Shown here one piece after another: positions 22,652-34,750 of a stretch of 64,000 nt of DNA; within the stretch, counting starts at the first letter, position 1, and each line of letters starts with the position of its first letter. Where the stretch lies: assembly GCA_001661245.1 (NCBI GenBank), contig KV454013.1, forward strand, positions 652,502 to 716,501, in the 5' to 3' direction. The DNA comes from Pachysolen tannophilus NRRL Y-2460. Lineage: Eukaryota. The notes beneath the pieces were generated by a model. The model was not told the origin of the DNA and did not search any database. It was given only the letters and a program-made list of their open reading frames with translations. The position numbers and the translations under genes were made by a program.

Positions 22652-24400
22652 TTATTTCATCTGTCCAGCAGTTACACTTCCACCACTAACTAATACTTGA
22701 CTATCATCCAACTTTTGGACGTCTGTTTCTACTCTTTTCCATGATCTTATATCGTTTCTTTGTGTATCTATTTCAAAGACTCTGACTCTTCTTGGTGTTC
22801 CACCATAACCACTGTAACCACCTTCACCAGCAGCACCACCGTAACAAAGCCACATTTTATCAGCCTCATAATCTTTATTGGTATCCATCAAGCAATAATC
22901 GTTACAATGGTCATGTCCTACTGATACAACTGAGACACCTAACTTATGTAAGATGTCTCTTGCACCAGTATTATAATTTGGTGCTGTGACAGCTTCCTTT
23001 AATTCACCAATTAATATTTGATTTTTAACATTTCTATATTCAGGAAGTGGTATATGGAAAAAAGCCATAGAAAGATGGATATGAGTATAATGTTTTCTTA
23101 AAGGTTCTAATTCTTGATATTTACTTTCAATGAAATTTAATTGACTTTCTTTAATCCAATCATAACCTGGATTTGTCTTTGGTGATGGGGAATATTTATG
23201 TGAATCCAAAAACCATAAAGTCAGAGCAGAATTTGCAGAATTATAACCTTGTAACGATAATGCATAATTACCAAAACCATCTACTGTTTCTGGACCTAAT
23301 TCAGATAAAGAATAAGGAAGAGAAGATGCAAGCATCATTATTTCCTTTCTTGATTTTATTGATCCTTCATCATCATGATTACCTAAAGTTATTGCATAAG
23401 GTATATTTCTTTTAATAAAAGGATTTAAAGCTTTAAATAATGATGATTTTGAATCTAATGAAGTTTCACCAAATATTTGATCACCAGTTAAAACAACCAT
23501 ATCAGGTTTTTCAATATCTAATACATGATTAATAAATTTTAAAGTTCTTGGATCTGCTTTACAATTATTTGCTGATTCTATTGGATATGGATCACGACAT
23601 TCACCATAACCTGTAGAAAAATGTAAATCAGCAACTTGTAAAATTTTAAATTTATATTCTTTTGTTATTTTTAAATCTGGTTTCTTTATAGGTCTAGCAC
23701 GACCTCTTCTAAAAGTTAAATGAACTTGAGTAATATCATTATTTATAGTATCACCAATTAATAATGGATTTGATAATAATTTCCAATTTGGTCTTGGATC
23801 AACACAATCTGCACCAAACAAAACATCAATTTCACTAACAGCCTTCATTTGATTATAATCACCATATTTTACCCATAATCCATATTGTTCTTCTTGCCAA
23901 CCATATTTTGATTTTAAAATTTCTCTTGTTGGTATTTCATCTGTCTTTGATGGCATATCCAGTCTATAATCAGTTATTACATAACTTGGAATTAAAAGTT
24001 TTTCATTTCCATTTATTAAACTATCATTCATTGGATTACTAACAGCAAAATCCATAATAACTTTTTTTTGATCAGGATTTACATCTTCTAATTTTATAAC
24101 ATTTGAATAAATAAAAGTTTTTGAAGTCCAAGATTGAGAAAGTTTTAAATCAACAAGATTTTTCACCCAATTACCAGATTTTTTCAATTGACAATCACTA
24201 TTAAAAATTGAACAATCTTGAAATTCAACACCTGTAATAATTTGATCAGGTTGACTATAAGAAGATATTGAAATATGTAATTTATCCGGTAATATATTTT
24301 TATATAATAAATCAACAACTGTAACCAATAAACCAATCAAAAAGATTAAAAGTCCCAAATAAGACAATTGTCTCGTCCACCTTCTTGATAAGGCAAACAT
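22652..24400 (-). CDS. DCR2: Dcr2-like calcineurin-type metallophosphoesterase with an N-terminal TM anchor
   Basis: FKILQVADLHF, VLTGDQ, GNHD, FFHIP and GHDHCNDYC. Confidence 0.9.
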   Translation of the reverse strand: MFALSRRWTRQLSYLGLLIFLIGLLVTVVDLLYKNILPDKLHISISSYSQPDQIITGVEFQDCSIFNSDCQLKKSGNWVKNLVDLKLSQSWTSKTFIYSNVIKLEDVNPDQKKVIMDFAVSNPMNDSLINGNEKLLIPSYVITDYRLDMPSKTDEIPTREILKSKYGWQEEQYGLWVKYGDYNQMKAVSEIDVLFGADCVDPRPNWKLLSNPLLIGDTINNDITQVHLTFRRGRARPIKKPDLKITKEYKFKILQVADLHFSTGYGECRDPYPIESANNCKADPRTLKFINHVLDIEKPDMVVLTGDQIFGETSLDSKSSLFKALNPFIKRNIPYAITLGNHDDEGSIKSRKEIMMLASSLPYSLSELGPETVDGFGNYALSLQGYNSANSALTLWFLDSHKYSPSPKTNPGYDWIKESQLNFIESKYQELEPLRKHYTHIHLSMAFFHIPLPEYRNVKNQILIGELKEAVTAPNYNTGARDILHKLGVSVVSVGHDHCNDYCLMDTNKDYEADKMWLCYGGAAGEGGYSGYGGTPRRVRVFEIDTQRNDIRSWKRVETDVQKLDDSQVLVSGGSVTAGQMK

Positions 24401-24441
24401 ATCTTTTATTCAAAGAATTCAAATGGAAAAGAAAACCAAAG

Positions 24442-24475
<34 letters not shown>

Positions 24476-25295
24476 CCCCNNNNNNNNNNNNNNNNNNNNN
24501 NNNNNNNNNNNNNNNNNNNNNNNNNNNNNNNNNNNNNNNNNNNNNNNNNNNNNNNNNNNNNNNNNNNNNNNNNNNNNNNNNNNNNNNNNNNNNNNNNNNN
24601 NNNNNNNNNNNNNNNNNNNNNNNNNNNNNNNNNNNNNNNNNNNNNNNNNNNNNNNNNNNNNNNNNNNNNNNNNNNNNNNNNNNNNNNNNNNNNNNNNNNN
24701 NNNNNNNNNNNNNNNNNNNNNNNNNNNNNNNNNNNNNNNNNNNNNNNNNNNNNNNNNNNNNNNNNNNNNNNNNNNNNNNNNNNNNNNNNNNNNNNNNNNN
24801 NNNNNNNNNNNNNNNNNNNNNNNNNNNNNNNNNNNNNNNNNNNNNNNNNNNNNNNNNNNNNNNNNNNNNNNNNNNNNNNNNNNNNNNNNNNNNNNNNNNN
24901 NNNNNNNNNNNNNNNNNNNNNNNNNNNNNAAAAAAAATCTTTCCACTGATATAGATACCTCTTTCAAATATTTCTGTTTTCAAACTTTTTATATTATTAT
25001 TATATTATTACTAGAGAAAGGATGAAATTCTGCATAGCATATATATATAATATGTATCTATGTATGTATGTATGTATTCATGTATTATATAATAAATAGT
25101 AATATTAAAATATAAAAAAAAAAATTTTTTTACAGAATTTCCTAATTTGGAATTTGTGGCAACGAAGCACACGACCCTACATTTTCCCATTTTTCCAATT
25201 CATCCTATTTATCTATCTATCTACTCTTCCATTCCAAGTTGGAAACTTAATATGATGACATATATTATGGTATTTTTTTTTTTTTTTTTTTTTAC

Positions 25296-25520
25296 TTAAA
25301 ACTTATCTAAGACTTCTATTGAAACTATCGAGTTCCCTCTTACTATTACCGTCCCCACCTGTACACTTTCATTTTTATTTGTAACTTCTACAGTATCATC
25401 AATTGTCAAATTTAAAAAAATGTCATAACCTCTAAGATTACCTTCAATTTTCCTAGATCCATTTAGTTGTAACAGTAATCTCTTGTCCATATATTTCTTC
25501 AACTCCGGAGCAGAAACCAT
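25296..25520 (-). CDS. SMX2: Sm core protein G
   Basis: PELKKYMDKRL..LNGSRKI.G.LRGYD.F.N and VRGNSIV. Confidence 0.95.
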   Translation of the reverse strand: MVSAPELKKYMDKRLLLQLNGSRKIEGNLRGYDIFLNLTIDDTVEVTNKNESVQVGTVIVRGNSIVSIEVLDKF

Positions 25521-25836
25521 TTTATTTTTATTAATTATTTTTTCTTTGAATATATATATATAATTAATTAATTAATTATCTAATGATAATAGATTTTTAT
25601 CAATAAATAAAAAAAAGATTTTTCATGTACTTTTCCTTACATACAGCAAAAAAAGGTGAAAAATAATTGAACTTGTGAAACTACTTAAACTACTACTTAC
25701 TACTACTTACTACTACTACTGACTGTTGGCTGGCTGGCTGGCTGGCTGGCTGCTCTTTTACTGATGAAAAGTTTTTTTGTTTATAACTACACTACTTTTA
25801 ATATGGTGTGGGGTGTATTGTCTAAGTGGTGTAAAC

Positions 25837-25873
<37 letters not shown>

Positions 25874-25940
25874 TTTTTGGCGTATATATTGTTTACAATT
25901 TTGTATTATATATTGATATTGAAATGAGACTTGTATAAAG

Positions 25941-27071
25941 ATGTCGAATATCCCATCACTTTTTGATTTGATTCAGTCATCTCCTGCCTCATCGAAAGAG
26001 CAGCGTGTGGTGGAGTCACCGGTTGTGCCGAATTCCAGAAGAGCTTCGAAAAGAAAATCAAGTAATATTGGTCAAGATCGTGTTCAAGAACATGGAGAAC
26101 AAATAGAAGAACAAATAGAAGAAGAAGAAGAAGAGACTTTATTATCACTAGCTGAGAAACGAGATCTGTTGGTTAATAACAGAAAGCTTTTACAAGAAAA
26201 AATTGCAAAATTAAAAGAGAATATTGTTGATTTGGAAACAAAGGTGATAATAACAGAAAATTCAAATAATATACTAGAACCCAAACCCAAACCTTTATCA
26301 ATGTATGAGGAACAATTAGTGGTGCGAGATTTTCAATCAAATTCAAAAAATTCAAATTTAGATAAGCTAAGATCAAATTTGAATACTTTACCACTTTCTA
26401 TTAGTAATAATTGGGATTTGAGTTTATCTTTATTAAAATTATTTCAACCAGATTTAAAACTTGAAATAATTTCAAATTTAATGATGAATTTTAATAATCA
26501 AACAACAAAATTAATACAATTTGATGCATGTTATCAAAATATTTTCAGTTTAAGGTGTCTTTTAAAGATAAATGTTGAATTAGCAAAATTAGAAGAATTT
26601 TCTATACTTAATAGTGATAGTAAAAATATTCCAGCTGATTTATTACCAATAATATCAGATACTAAAATTGTTAAAGATCCAACTCTATTGATTTATTCTT
26701 TAAATTCATATGTGAGATTATTAAAATTAAGAACAGAAATATTTATTAAACTTTTTGATAAATATCAAAAAATATACATAATTAATAATAATAAATTATC
26801 ATCAATGAATATTAATAATAATTTTATTATTAAATTTTTAAAATTTAAAGATGATCCATTGATTGTTTTTGAAAAAGATAATATCAAGTTAAATATAATA
26901 TGGAAACTAATAACAAGAGAAGAAAATTATGGGGAATTCGATAGTGATATCAAGACTATCTTAATCAAGAAAGATGGAACTCATATCAACTATGATCAGT
27001 TGATCAATGAATTGATCTTACAATACGGATGTTTTAATGGAATATGCATGGCTTTAGATAGTTTATCATAG
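25941..27071 (+). CDS. Putative kinetochore subunit Ctf19/CENP-P-like (coiled coil plus probable tandem RWD)
   Basis: 376 aa; disordered N-terminus then a coiled coil. LLIYSLNSY..L...R and the C-terminal LILQYGCFNGI resemble Ctf19 as I recall it. Confidence 0.5.
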   Translation: MSNIPSLFDLIQSSPASSKEQRVVESPVVPNSRRASKRKSSNIGQDRVQEHGEQIEEQIEEEEEETLLSLAEKRDLLVNNRKLLQEKIAKLKENIVDLETKVIITENSNNILEPKPKPLSMYEEQLVVRDFQSNSKNSNLDKLRSNLNTLPLSISNNWDLSLSLLKLFQPDLKLEIISNLMMNFNNQTTKLIQFDACYQNIFSLRCLLKINVELAKLEEFSILNSDSKNIPADLLPIISDTKIVKDPTLLIYSLNSYVRLLKLRTEIFIKLFDKYQKIYIINNNKLSSMNINNNFIIKFLKFKDDPLIVFEKDNIKLNIIWKLITREENYGEFDSDIKTILIKKDGTHINYDQLINELILQYGCFNGICMALDSLS

Positions 27072-27188
27072 CAAAAGAAAATAAAATATAATAAAAAAAA
27101 ATTGCATCTCTTTTATTTTCAAAATAACCGTCAAAAGAATTTAAAAATACAAAACATAATAATAAAGAAAAAAGAAAAAACCCTCAAA

Positions 27189-27221
<33 letters not shown>

Positions 27222-27275
27222 TGCAAAAAAGAACTAATATATATATATATTTATATATTTATATAAATTTATATA

Positions 27276-27827
27276 TTAAAAGCGAAACCCCATTTCAATA
27301 CCTTCTTGACTAAACCCACATTTTTCATAAAACCCAGTGTTTTTAGCATCACAATCTAATATAACTTTATAACAATTCTTTAATCGTGCAAGCTCCACTA
27401 AATTTTTAATCAATATTAAACCCAATTTTTTACCTTGTTCTGACAAGTCAACAGCTATATCTTCAATATGACCAACTTTCCCACATTTGTGAATTAATTT
27501 GGATTCAACTATCAACATCCCTGAAGCAACAACTTTACCCTCTCTATTTGTGATAACTAAAGGATTATAAACATGCGAATTTGCAATCCATTCACTATAT
27601 AAATTTGCAAATTCCTCTTTGGTAACATCACCAACTGTAGTTAAAGTCTTTAAAACTGGAATTAAATTATTATTAAAATCATTCTCCTCTAATGACCGAA
27701 GTATATAACCATCTGGTAATGAAGGTATCTTCCGTGTGCTGCTACCATCAGATAAAGACGAACTCGTAGACATAGTGCAAGTATTCTCGTGTCTAAATGA
27801 TTCGAAAGAAACCAAAGCCGGTGCCAT
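27276..27827 (-). CDS. GNA1: Glucosamine-6-phosphate N-acetyltransferase
   Basis: LTTVG, KLIHKCGKVGHIEDIAV, QGKKLG and CYKVILDC..KN.GFYEKCG. Confidence 0.97.
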   Translation of the reverse strand: MAPALVSFESFRHENTCTMSTSSSLSDGSSTRKIPSLPDGYILRSLEENDFNNNLIPVLKTLTTVGDVTKEEFANLYSEWIANSHVYNPLVITNREGKVVASGMLIVESKLIHKCGKVGHIEDIAVDLSEQGKKLGLILIKNLVELARLKNCYKVILDCDAKNTGFYEKCGFSQEGIEMGFRF

Positions 27828-27965
27828 CTTTTATTTTTTTTCTTTTTCTTTTAAAAAAAAATATATTTATATTTTTTTTCTTCTTATAATTTTCTTAATC
27901 TGATCAAAACAGTAGTAATTTATTTTCAGTTAATTGAAATAAAATTTAACTAGAACAAACTAACG

Positions 27966-28003
<38 letters not shown>

Positions 28004-28474
28004 AAAAAAAACCAAAAAAAAANNNNNNNNNNNNNNNNNNNNNNNNNNNNNNNNNNNNNNNNNNNNNNNNNNNNNNNNNNNNNNNNNNNNNNNNNNNNNN
28101 NNNNNNNNNNNNNNNNNNNNNNNNNNNNNNNNNNNNNNNNNNNNNNNNNNNNNNNNNNNNNNNNNNNNNNNNNNNNNNNNNNNNNNNNNNNNNNNNNNNN
28201 NNNNNNNNNNNNNAAAAAAAAAAAAAAGAAAAAAAAAAATATTCAATAATACCAATAACAAATCCTATTACTTATATATAAATCTTGTGTAATAGTGATC
28301 TTAACTTCAGGGTTCTTTTCTATTTTTGATCTTTTTTTTTTTAAATGTAAACACAAAGATACGATAATGTTACTATGAAAAAATGCATAGAAACCTATTT
28401 TTAACACACAGAAAAAGAAGGCTGAACTTTGAGAAAAAGAAGACCAAATGAAGTGGAGTTCGTTTAAGAAAAAC

Positions 28475-28515
<41 letters not shown>

Positions 28516-28947
28516 CAAAACGGGTGATTACCTGATTTGGAAGTCCTATGGATCTGATGATTTTAGGCTATTTTGGGGTGATTTAAACCCCCTTATTTTG
28601 GGGCTATTGAAAGAAATTGATCTGATCTACCGCATTCGGCTACTGCTAGCTGTTTTTGGAAGTTGACCTTCCTCGACTGCCTAATCGAAAAGTTTTTAAA
28701 TTTTTTTGGAAATACGTTATGTGATCTGTGCACTACCCATCCCCATGGCTTGCTTCACCTCTTTAGAAAAGAGTATTATAGGAAAAGAGCTGTGCATGAA
28801 TAATTTTTATGGTAGTTTCCAACTCATGTTAATGATCAAATTATTAAAAAAATAAAAAGAAAAAAAGACTGCAATCTTTTGGATTATGGTCTATTTTATG
28901 GTTTGAATTTTTTTTGTTCTTTTTTTTTTTGGGGTCTAGTGTTTGTG

Positions 28948-31275
28948 ATGCCGGTGCCGAGGATACATAGAAGAAAGAAAGTAATTGCGCTACTAACTAT
29001 TTTAGCGTTAGTCTTGTTAGCGGTTTTTCAAAAAATTACTAGTTATAGCGGTAGTATTATTAGTACTGATGACGCATTTAAGATCAAAAACGGAAAAGAT
29101 GAGATTACAAAATCTAAAGATGATAATTCAGTTATAGAACAAGATCAACAATTGCCGGTAGTTGAAGAGGTTCTGGAAAAAAAAATAGATGGAAATAATA
29201 TTGCTTTGAGTCTCTTGGATTTGCCAGAGTTATCAGAATCACCAATAATATATAATAGAATAGGTAATCACAGAATTCAAACAAATATTAAAGATGAACT
29301 GGAACATGTTGGGAAATTTTTATATGGTAAAGATTATATATTTAGTATTCCTTTGAAAGAGGAGAATCTGGTGAGGGAGTTACCAATGAGAAGTAGCGAT
29401 GATAAAAATAAGGAATTTCCAAAAATGCAAAGGAAAAATACTCATAAACCCAAGAGTTCCAAAAAGATACTGGATGTTAGAGATGTTTTCCGAAGAAATT
29501 GGCAAAGTTATTATGAGCATGCACTTAAATATGATGAATTTAGTCCATTGACTTTAACCGGTTCTGATTCTTACTTTGGTTGGTCATTAACTCTAATAGA
29601 TTCATTGGATACTTTATTATTGATGGGCTTTAGAGAAGAATTTAAAGATTCTGTAGCATATATTAATAAAATAGATTTTACTAAAATTTTGAATAGAGAT
29701 GATTTACCAATTTTTGAAGTAAACGTTAGAGTTCTTGGTGGGTTGTTAAGTGCATATGATTTATCTAATGACCGTCGATTGTTGTCAAAAGCAATACAAG
29801 TTGGGGATTTATTGTTAAGGTCGTTTGATACATATAACAATTTCCCTGTCTTGTATTATAACTTAGTTGAAAACCAACAATCTAGAAAATTTAAATTTGC
29901 ATCTATGAGAAACTACTTGTCAGAATTAGGCTCCTTAAGTTTGGAATTTACAAGATTATCCATAATAACAGATGATTTAAAGTATTTCCAGTACTCTATG
30001 AATTTAATAAATGCAGTTATCGAGTCTAAAGATCGTTATTTTATTGCTGATTTTATTCCAAATGAGTTGGATCTAAGTGGTTGCTCCCATGTTTTAGATG
30101 AAGAAGAAATTTCTAAGATGTATAATGGGAAACTGCCAAAAAATTCAAAGAAAGCTATATTAATAAATGATAATAACAATGATACTAAAATAGTATATTG
30201 TACACAAAATGAAGATAGAAAATTTATCAAACCTTCTTCTTTAGATAATCAATTTTTTTCGTTAGAAGGGAAATCAGATTCTTTTTATGAATATTTACTC
30301 AAATTATATATTCTATTAGATGGAAATTTGGATCAACAATATTTGGAATTTTTCAAAAATTCAAAAGAAAAAATTAAAAAATTTTTAATCTTTAAACCAA
30401 AAGTTCCTAATAATGAAAACTTGTTGTTTTTAAATGAGGTATCTGTTAAAAAATTAAAAGAAAATAATAAATTTCAATTAAATCAAAGCAATTCTGTTTC
30501 TCATGCATCATGTTTTGCTGGTGGGTTTTTTGCGTTAAGTTCCAGAATTCTTAATGATAAAAATGATTTGGAGCTAGCTCATAAATTAACCAAAAGTTGT
30601 GCCGATTTCGACAATAGATTGGGATTATTTCCAGAATCTTTTAACGTTGATAGCTGTGATTCTACTGACGATGAAAAATGTGTATATGATGAGTCTCTGA
30701 GAATGGAATGGATTAAAGAACACTCAAATAATCTTATGAATTCAGACGAAAAACATGATACCAAGAAGAAAGTCGTTGTCGATGGAGAAAATATATATGA
30801 AGTCGAGACTTCAATGAGTAGACTGAATGCTCCAATATCAGAAGATAATAAGAGATTGGATGCTGGAAATGCTGCAAATCAGCCTATTTACTTGAACAAC
30901 TTGGATCCTCGTTACTTGATGAGGCCACAACTAGTTGAATCGCTATTTATCATGTTTAGAATCACAGGAGCTGATGAATATCGTGATATTGGGTGGAAGT
31001 TGTTCCAAAAACTCAATCAATATACTGCGGTTAATATCAAAATTTATAGTTTCCCGGAAACTGTCAACGCTCCGATAAAAGATGTAACCAAGTTCAACCA
31101 TGGTAATGGCTACGATAAATCAAATTATGAGAATTATTTAGAGAGTTTTTGGTTTGCTGAAACCTTGAAATACTTTTACTTGTTGTTTGAGGATTCAAAG
31201 ATTTTAAGTTTAGACGATTGGGTCTTCAATACTGAGGGGCATCCTTTGAAAAAACAAAAGTATATCCCGATTTAA
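28948..31275 (+). CDS. MNL2: GH47 class I alpha-1,2-mannosidase, type II membrane protein (Mnl2-like)
   Basis: LIDSLDTL, FEVNVRVLGGLLSAY, DSFYEYLLK, ESFWFAETLKY and FNTEGHP. ATG at 28948 precedes the signal anchor. Confidence 0.8.
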   Translation: MPVPRIHRRKKVIALLTILALVLLAVFQKITSYSGSIISTDDAFKIKNGKDEITKSKDDNSVIEQDQQLPVVEEVLEKKIDGNNIALSLLDLPELSESPIIYNRIGNHRIQTNIKDELEHVGKFLYGKDYIFSIPLKEENLVRELPMRSSDDKNKEFPKMQRKNTHKPKSSKKILDVRDVFRRNWQSYYEHALKYDEFSPLTLTGSDSYFGWSLTLIDSLDTLLLMGFREEFKDSVAYINKIDFTKILNRDDLPIFEVNVRVLGGLLSAYDLSNDRRLLSKAIQVGDLLLRSFDTYNNFPVLYYNLVENQQSRKFKFASMRNYLSELGSLSLEFTRLSIITDDLKYFQYSMNLINAVIESKDRYFIADFIPNELDLSGCSHVLDEEEISKMYNGKLPKNSKKAILINDNNNDTKIVYCTQNEDRKFIKPSSLDNQFFSLEGKSDSFYEYLLKLYILLDGNLDQQYLEFFKNSKEKIKKFLIFKPKVPNNENLLFLNEVSVKKLKENNKFQLNQSNSVSHASCFAGGFFALSSRILNDKNDLELAHKLTKSCADFDNRLGLFPESFNVDSCDSTDDEKCVYDESLRMEWIKEHSNNLMNSDEKHDTKKKVVVDGENIYEVETSMSRLNAPISEDNKRLDAGNAANQPIYLNNLDPRYLMRPQLVESLFIMFRITGADEYRDIGWKLFQKLNQYTAVNIKIYSFPETVNAPIKDVTKFNHGNGYDKSNYENYLESFWFAETLKYFYLLFEDSKILSLDDWVFNTEGHPLKKQKYIPI

Positions 31276-31778
31276 AGAAACGTTAATTAGATTTTTTGTT
31301 TTTTTTTTCCTATATTTATTTCTTATAAAGTCCTTTCTATGTCAGTTTATGGTTCTAGATGTATGTATAGATATATGTATAGAATTTGATTTAAAAACCT
31401 ATACGTTACAGAAAAGTCTCAGGTTATCAAAAGACATTTTTAAAAAAATGAAAAATGCCAGCTTTTTTTAGACAACCTTGAAATATTCATTAACTCGATC
31501 TTTTATGGTTCTATTTTGTATTAGTTAGCCGTTATTGTTTCATACTGTATGGAAAAAAAATTTTTGAATCTTACTTTAAGGGTGCATGAAAATGTACCCC
31601 GGAAAAGTTCTATGCAGGAAGTTTCAACTTTGTTTCACGAATACCTCATCGATTTCTTTCAGCACATACTTGTGACTGATTTCATTCATGGCTAGTAATG
31701 AAAGTAAAAGTATATATTTATCAACCTATCTTTTATCTATAGGGGAAAAAAATATTGAAAAGTGGATTTTTTGCTCAT

Positions 31779-33758
31779 ATGTTAAATTATACGGAGATGC
31801 ATTCACATACATCGTTTTCAACATCATCGTCTAATTACGATAATCAGAAATATTCTTCAGCAACATCACCTTCTTCGATAGAGACAAACAATTTTTTTTT
31901 TGAAAACCCATATTCAGTTTCCAATTCCCTTTTCCCACTACAAGAAATTCCGCAACTTCAAATTTACGAGGAATCGGCAAGCTTAAATCTCACGAGAAAA
32001 GAGGTTGTATCTGTTCCTCATCATGCATACGCACATTTTGAAAAGATGAAGCTGGTAAAACCGCTTGGTAATCAAAATGAAATATTAAACGAATTACTTG
32101 ACGAAGAACAAGAAGAAGAATTAATCATGCCATCATTGGAAGAAGAAAATAAAGAAAACAGGCCATTCAACTTAACAAATCCATATGCAACATCATTATG
32201 GTATACAACTCGTGGAAATATTGGAGATTCTGAAATAAATCAAATAAATCAAAGAGCCAAAGCCAAAGAAGTTTTAAAAGAAGTTTGTGTTCCAGACAAC
32301 ATGTTTGAAGAAGATCGCACTTCTAGCTTGCTAATAAAGAAAACTGTATTGGATTTAATAGTTTTTGAAAAAAATTACTTGAACAAGATGTTACTAGTTT
32401 CAGATTATAAAGCTGTTTTGTCTAAGAAAACAATTTCAAAATCTCAAGAACTGATTCTTTTTAATTCTTTTATTACTTTAAAAGATATAAGTAAGAATTT
32501 TTTGGAAGATCTTACAAAATTTTTGATTTTATCAAATAAAAACCTCAGTTTTCATAAATATGATGAACTGAAAAATATAAATCAGCTTGATCTTATTGAA
32601 ATAATAGATAATTGTGATACTGGAAAATTAAAACTTGAAAACTTGCTTGAAATGCATTTGATAAATTTATCGATTTCATTAAAATCGTACTACATGAACT
32701 ATGAAAGGCAATTAGCTATTTTCAAAAAAATAAATGAGACAAACTCCAAATTTAAACAATTTGTAAATAATTTTCAGAAACAAAATAACGGTTTGAATTT
32801 ATTGGAAAATCTTAAGTTACCTTTTAAGCTTGTGTCGGAATATAAAAACATTTTAAATGATTTAATAGTAAAAGATCTTGATTTTTCTCAAGTTTCTAAA
32901 AAATTGAATGAATTCAACGAATTTCAAATTTTAGAATCACAAGATATAATACCATCAAATATATCGACAACAACAACAACAACTACAAGACAGAAAAGTT
33001 TACGTTTATTCAAACATAATTCCAAAAAAATAGGATTGGAACCAGATTTATTTGCAGATTTTAAATTAAAATTTAAGCAACTGAAAGATCTTTTTAAATT
33101 AATCAGTGGGAATTCAATTCCAAAAGAATTGTTAACGTATATTCAAAAGAACAATATTAACAATGCAAAAAATTTTAAAAAATTTATGGAATGTATAAAG
33201 GATGAGAATAATAATCATAATGATAATACTTATTTTATAGACAATGCTTATGAACTTTACTTAAACAAATTACAATGTCAACAAAAAGAATTATCTTTAA
33301 GAATTGATTTTAAAAATTGCAGTATCTTGAAAAAATTGGAAGTTTTATTGAAAAATTGTGAAATTGTTAAAACAAGAATTGAAAATTATAAGAAAAGAGT
33401 ATTATCAAATAATACAAATATCAAAGGAATAGAAATTTTAGAAAAACAATTAAATTTGGAATTACCAAAATTTTTAAAAATAACGAATTTAGTGATTGAG
33501 AAAATTTTAATAATGATATTTGGTATGATAATGACTGTTTTAAAAGAATTGTTATCACCTAGTAGTAAAGATACAGATTATGCACGTATTATAAATAATT
33601 ATTTATATCAAAAAGAACAAACAAGATTTTTAATAATTAATGGGTGTCGAAATAAGGAAAAAATATTAAAATATTATTATAATAGTTTTAATGCTGAAAA
33701 GGATATTATACCTTCTAGTCCCAGCAGTAGTTACGTTATAAGAAAATTATTTCTTTAA
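31779..33758 (+). CDS. DH/RhoGEF-like plus BAR-like coiled-coil protein (Fus2-like)
   Basis: DH helix 1-like VLDLIVFEKNY; LKLPFKLVSEYKNILNDL; C-terminal LNLELPKFL. First ATG at 31779. Confidence 0.55.
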   Translation: MLNYTEMHSHTSFSTSSSNYDNQKYSSATSPSSIETNNFFFENPYSVSNSLFPLQEIPQLQIYEESASLNLTRKEVVSVPHHAYAHFEKMKLVKPLGNQNEILNELLDEEQEEELIMPSLEEENKENRPFNLTNPYATSLWYTTRGNIGDSEINQINQRAKAKEVLKEVCVPDNMFEEDRTSSLLIKKTVLDLIVFEKNYLNKMLLVSDYKAVLSKKTISKSQELILFNSFITLKDISKNFLEDLTKFLILSNKNLSFHKYDELKNINQLDLIEIIDNCDTGKLKLENLLEMHLINLSISLKSYYMNYERQLAIFKKINETNSKFKQFVNNFQKQNNGLNLLENLKLPFKLVSEYKNILNDLIVKDLDFSQVSKKLNEFNEFQILESQDIIPSNISTTTTTTTRQKSLRLFKHNSKKIGLEPDLFADFKLKFKQLKDLFKLISGNSIPKELLTYIQKNNINNAKNFKKFMECIKDENNNHNDNTYFIDNAYELYLNKLQCQQKELSLRIDFKNCSILKKLEVLLKNCEIVKTRIENYKKRVLSNNTNIKGIEILEKQLNLELPKFLKITNLVIEKILIMIFGMIMTVLKELLSPSSKDTDYARIINNYLYQKEQTRFLIINGCRNKEKILKYYYNSFNAEKDIIPSSPSSSYVIRKLFL

Positions 33759-33783
33759 AATTTTACAAAAAAAAAAAAAAACT

Positions 33784-34626
33784 TCAGAATTGTAGCTCTT
33801 GAGGAATATTTTTATATAACCACATCATTGGTCTTTTACTACCATCAGGCAGTAATCGATGGACTTCCAATAAGCTGATAACATCATCTTCCAACATTTT
33901 TTTATTATTTATAGCATTTTCAATACATCTCCAAATTGTTTTTCTTCTTTGAACACTTCTCTTTATAGTTTTATTTCTAGCCCAAAGTAATTTACTATTA
34001 TAATTTTTAAAAATTTCTTTTAAAGGCGGTTGATTATTTAAACCATATTGATATTCTATCCAAATAATTTTAACTGAAGAAGCTTTTGATAGACTTAATC
34101 TTGGTGCAGTATTATCTTCCAAATTTCCAATATATGAATTAGATTCTATATCATTTGTAACTGGAACTGAATTAGAAACTCCAGCTGCATCTGCATGAGA
34201 AGAACTGAAAATATTATTACTATCATTGAGCAGTACTAAACTGTTATTACTACCGGTCTCATTACCACCATGACCACGATCATTAACGGTATTAGAACTA
34301 TTAGAACTGTTAACTCCAGTAGTTCCAGTAGTTACACTAGCTCCAGTAGCTCCACTAGTTCTGTTAGCGCTGTTAGCGCTATTAGCGCTAACAGAATTAA
34401 TAGAGCCAACAGAACCAGTTGCTAATAACTCATAAATTTTATTACTTTGAACTAAAAGTAAATGAATGTTGTTATTTAATTCATCAATTTTTTTAACAAT
34501 TAATTCATTACCACCTATAGAAGCTTGTGTTTGATTTTGAGCCAAAGAAGCCGCCAACTCGGTCAATTTATTATACACCAGTTGATTATCAGCAAAGTGA
34601 TTACTATTATGATGATCTTGATTCAT
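33784..34626 (-). CDS. GCR1_C-domain transcription factor (Msn1/Hot1 family)
   Basis: C-terminal SVKIIWIEYQYGLNNQPPLK...W...RRKTIW..IE. Confidence 0.8.
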   Translation of the reverse strand: MNQDHHNSNHFADNQLVYNKLTELAASLAQNQTQASIGGNELIVKKIDELNNNIHLLLVQSNKIYELLATGSVGSINSVSANSANSANRTSGATGASVTTGTTGVNSSNSSNTVNDRGHGGNETGSNNSLVLLNDSNNIFSSSHADAAGVSNSVPVTNDIESNSYIGNLEDNTAPRLSLSKASSVKIIWIEYQYGLNNQPPLKEIFKNYNSKLLWARNKTIKRSVQRRKTIWRCIENAINNKKMLEDDVISLLEVHRLLPDGSKRPMMWLYKNIPQELQF

Positions 34627-34714
34627 TTTCTGTTTATCGTTATCGCTATTATTTACTCATGTCATATATTTTTGACTATTTCTAAAAAGTGTCATGACAT
34701 TAGAAAAATATAAA

Positions 34715-34750
<36 letters not shown>

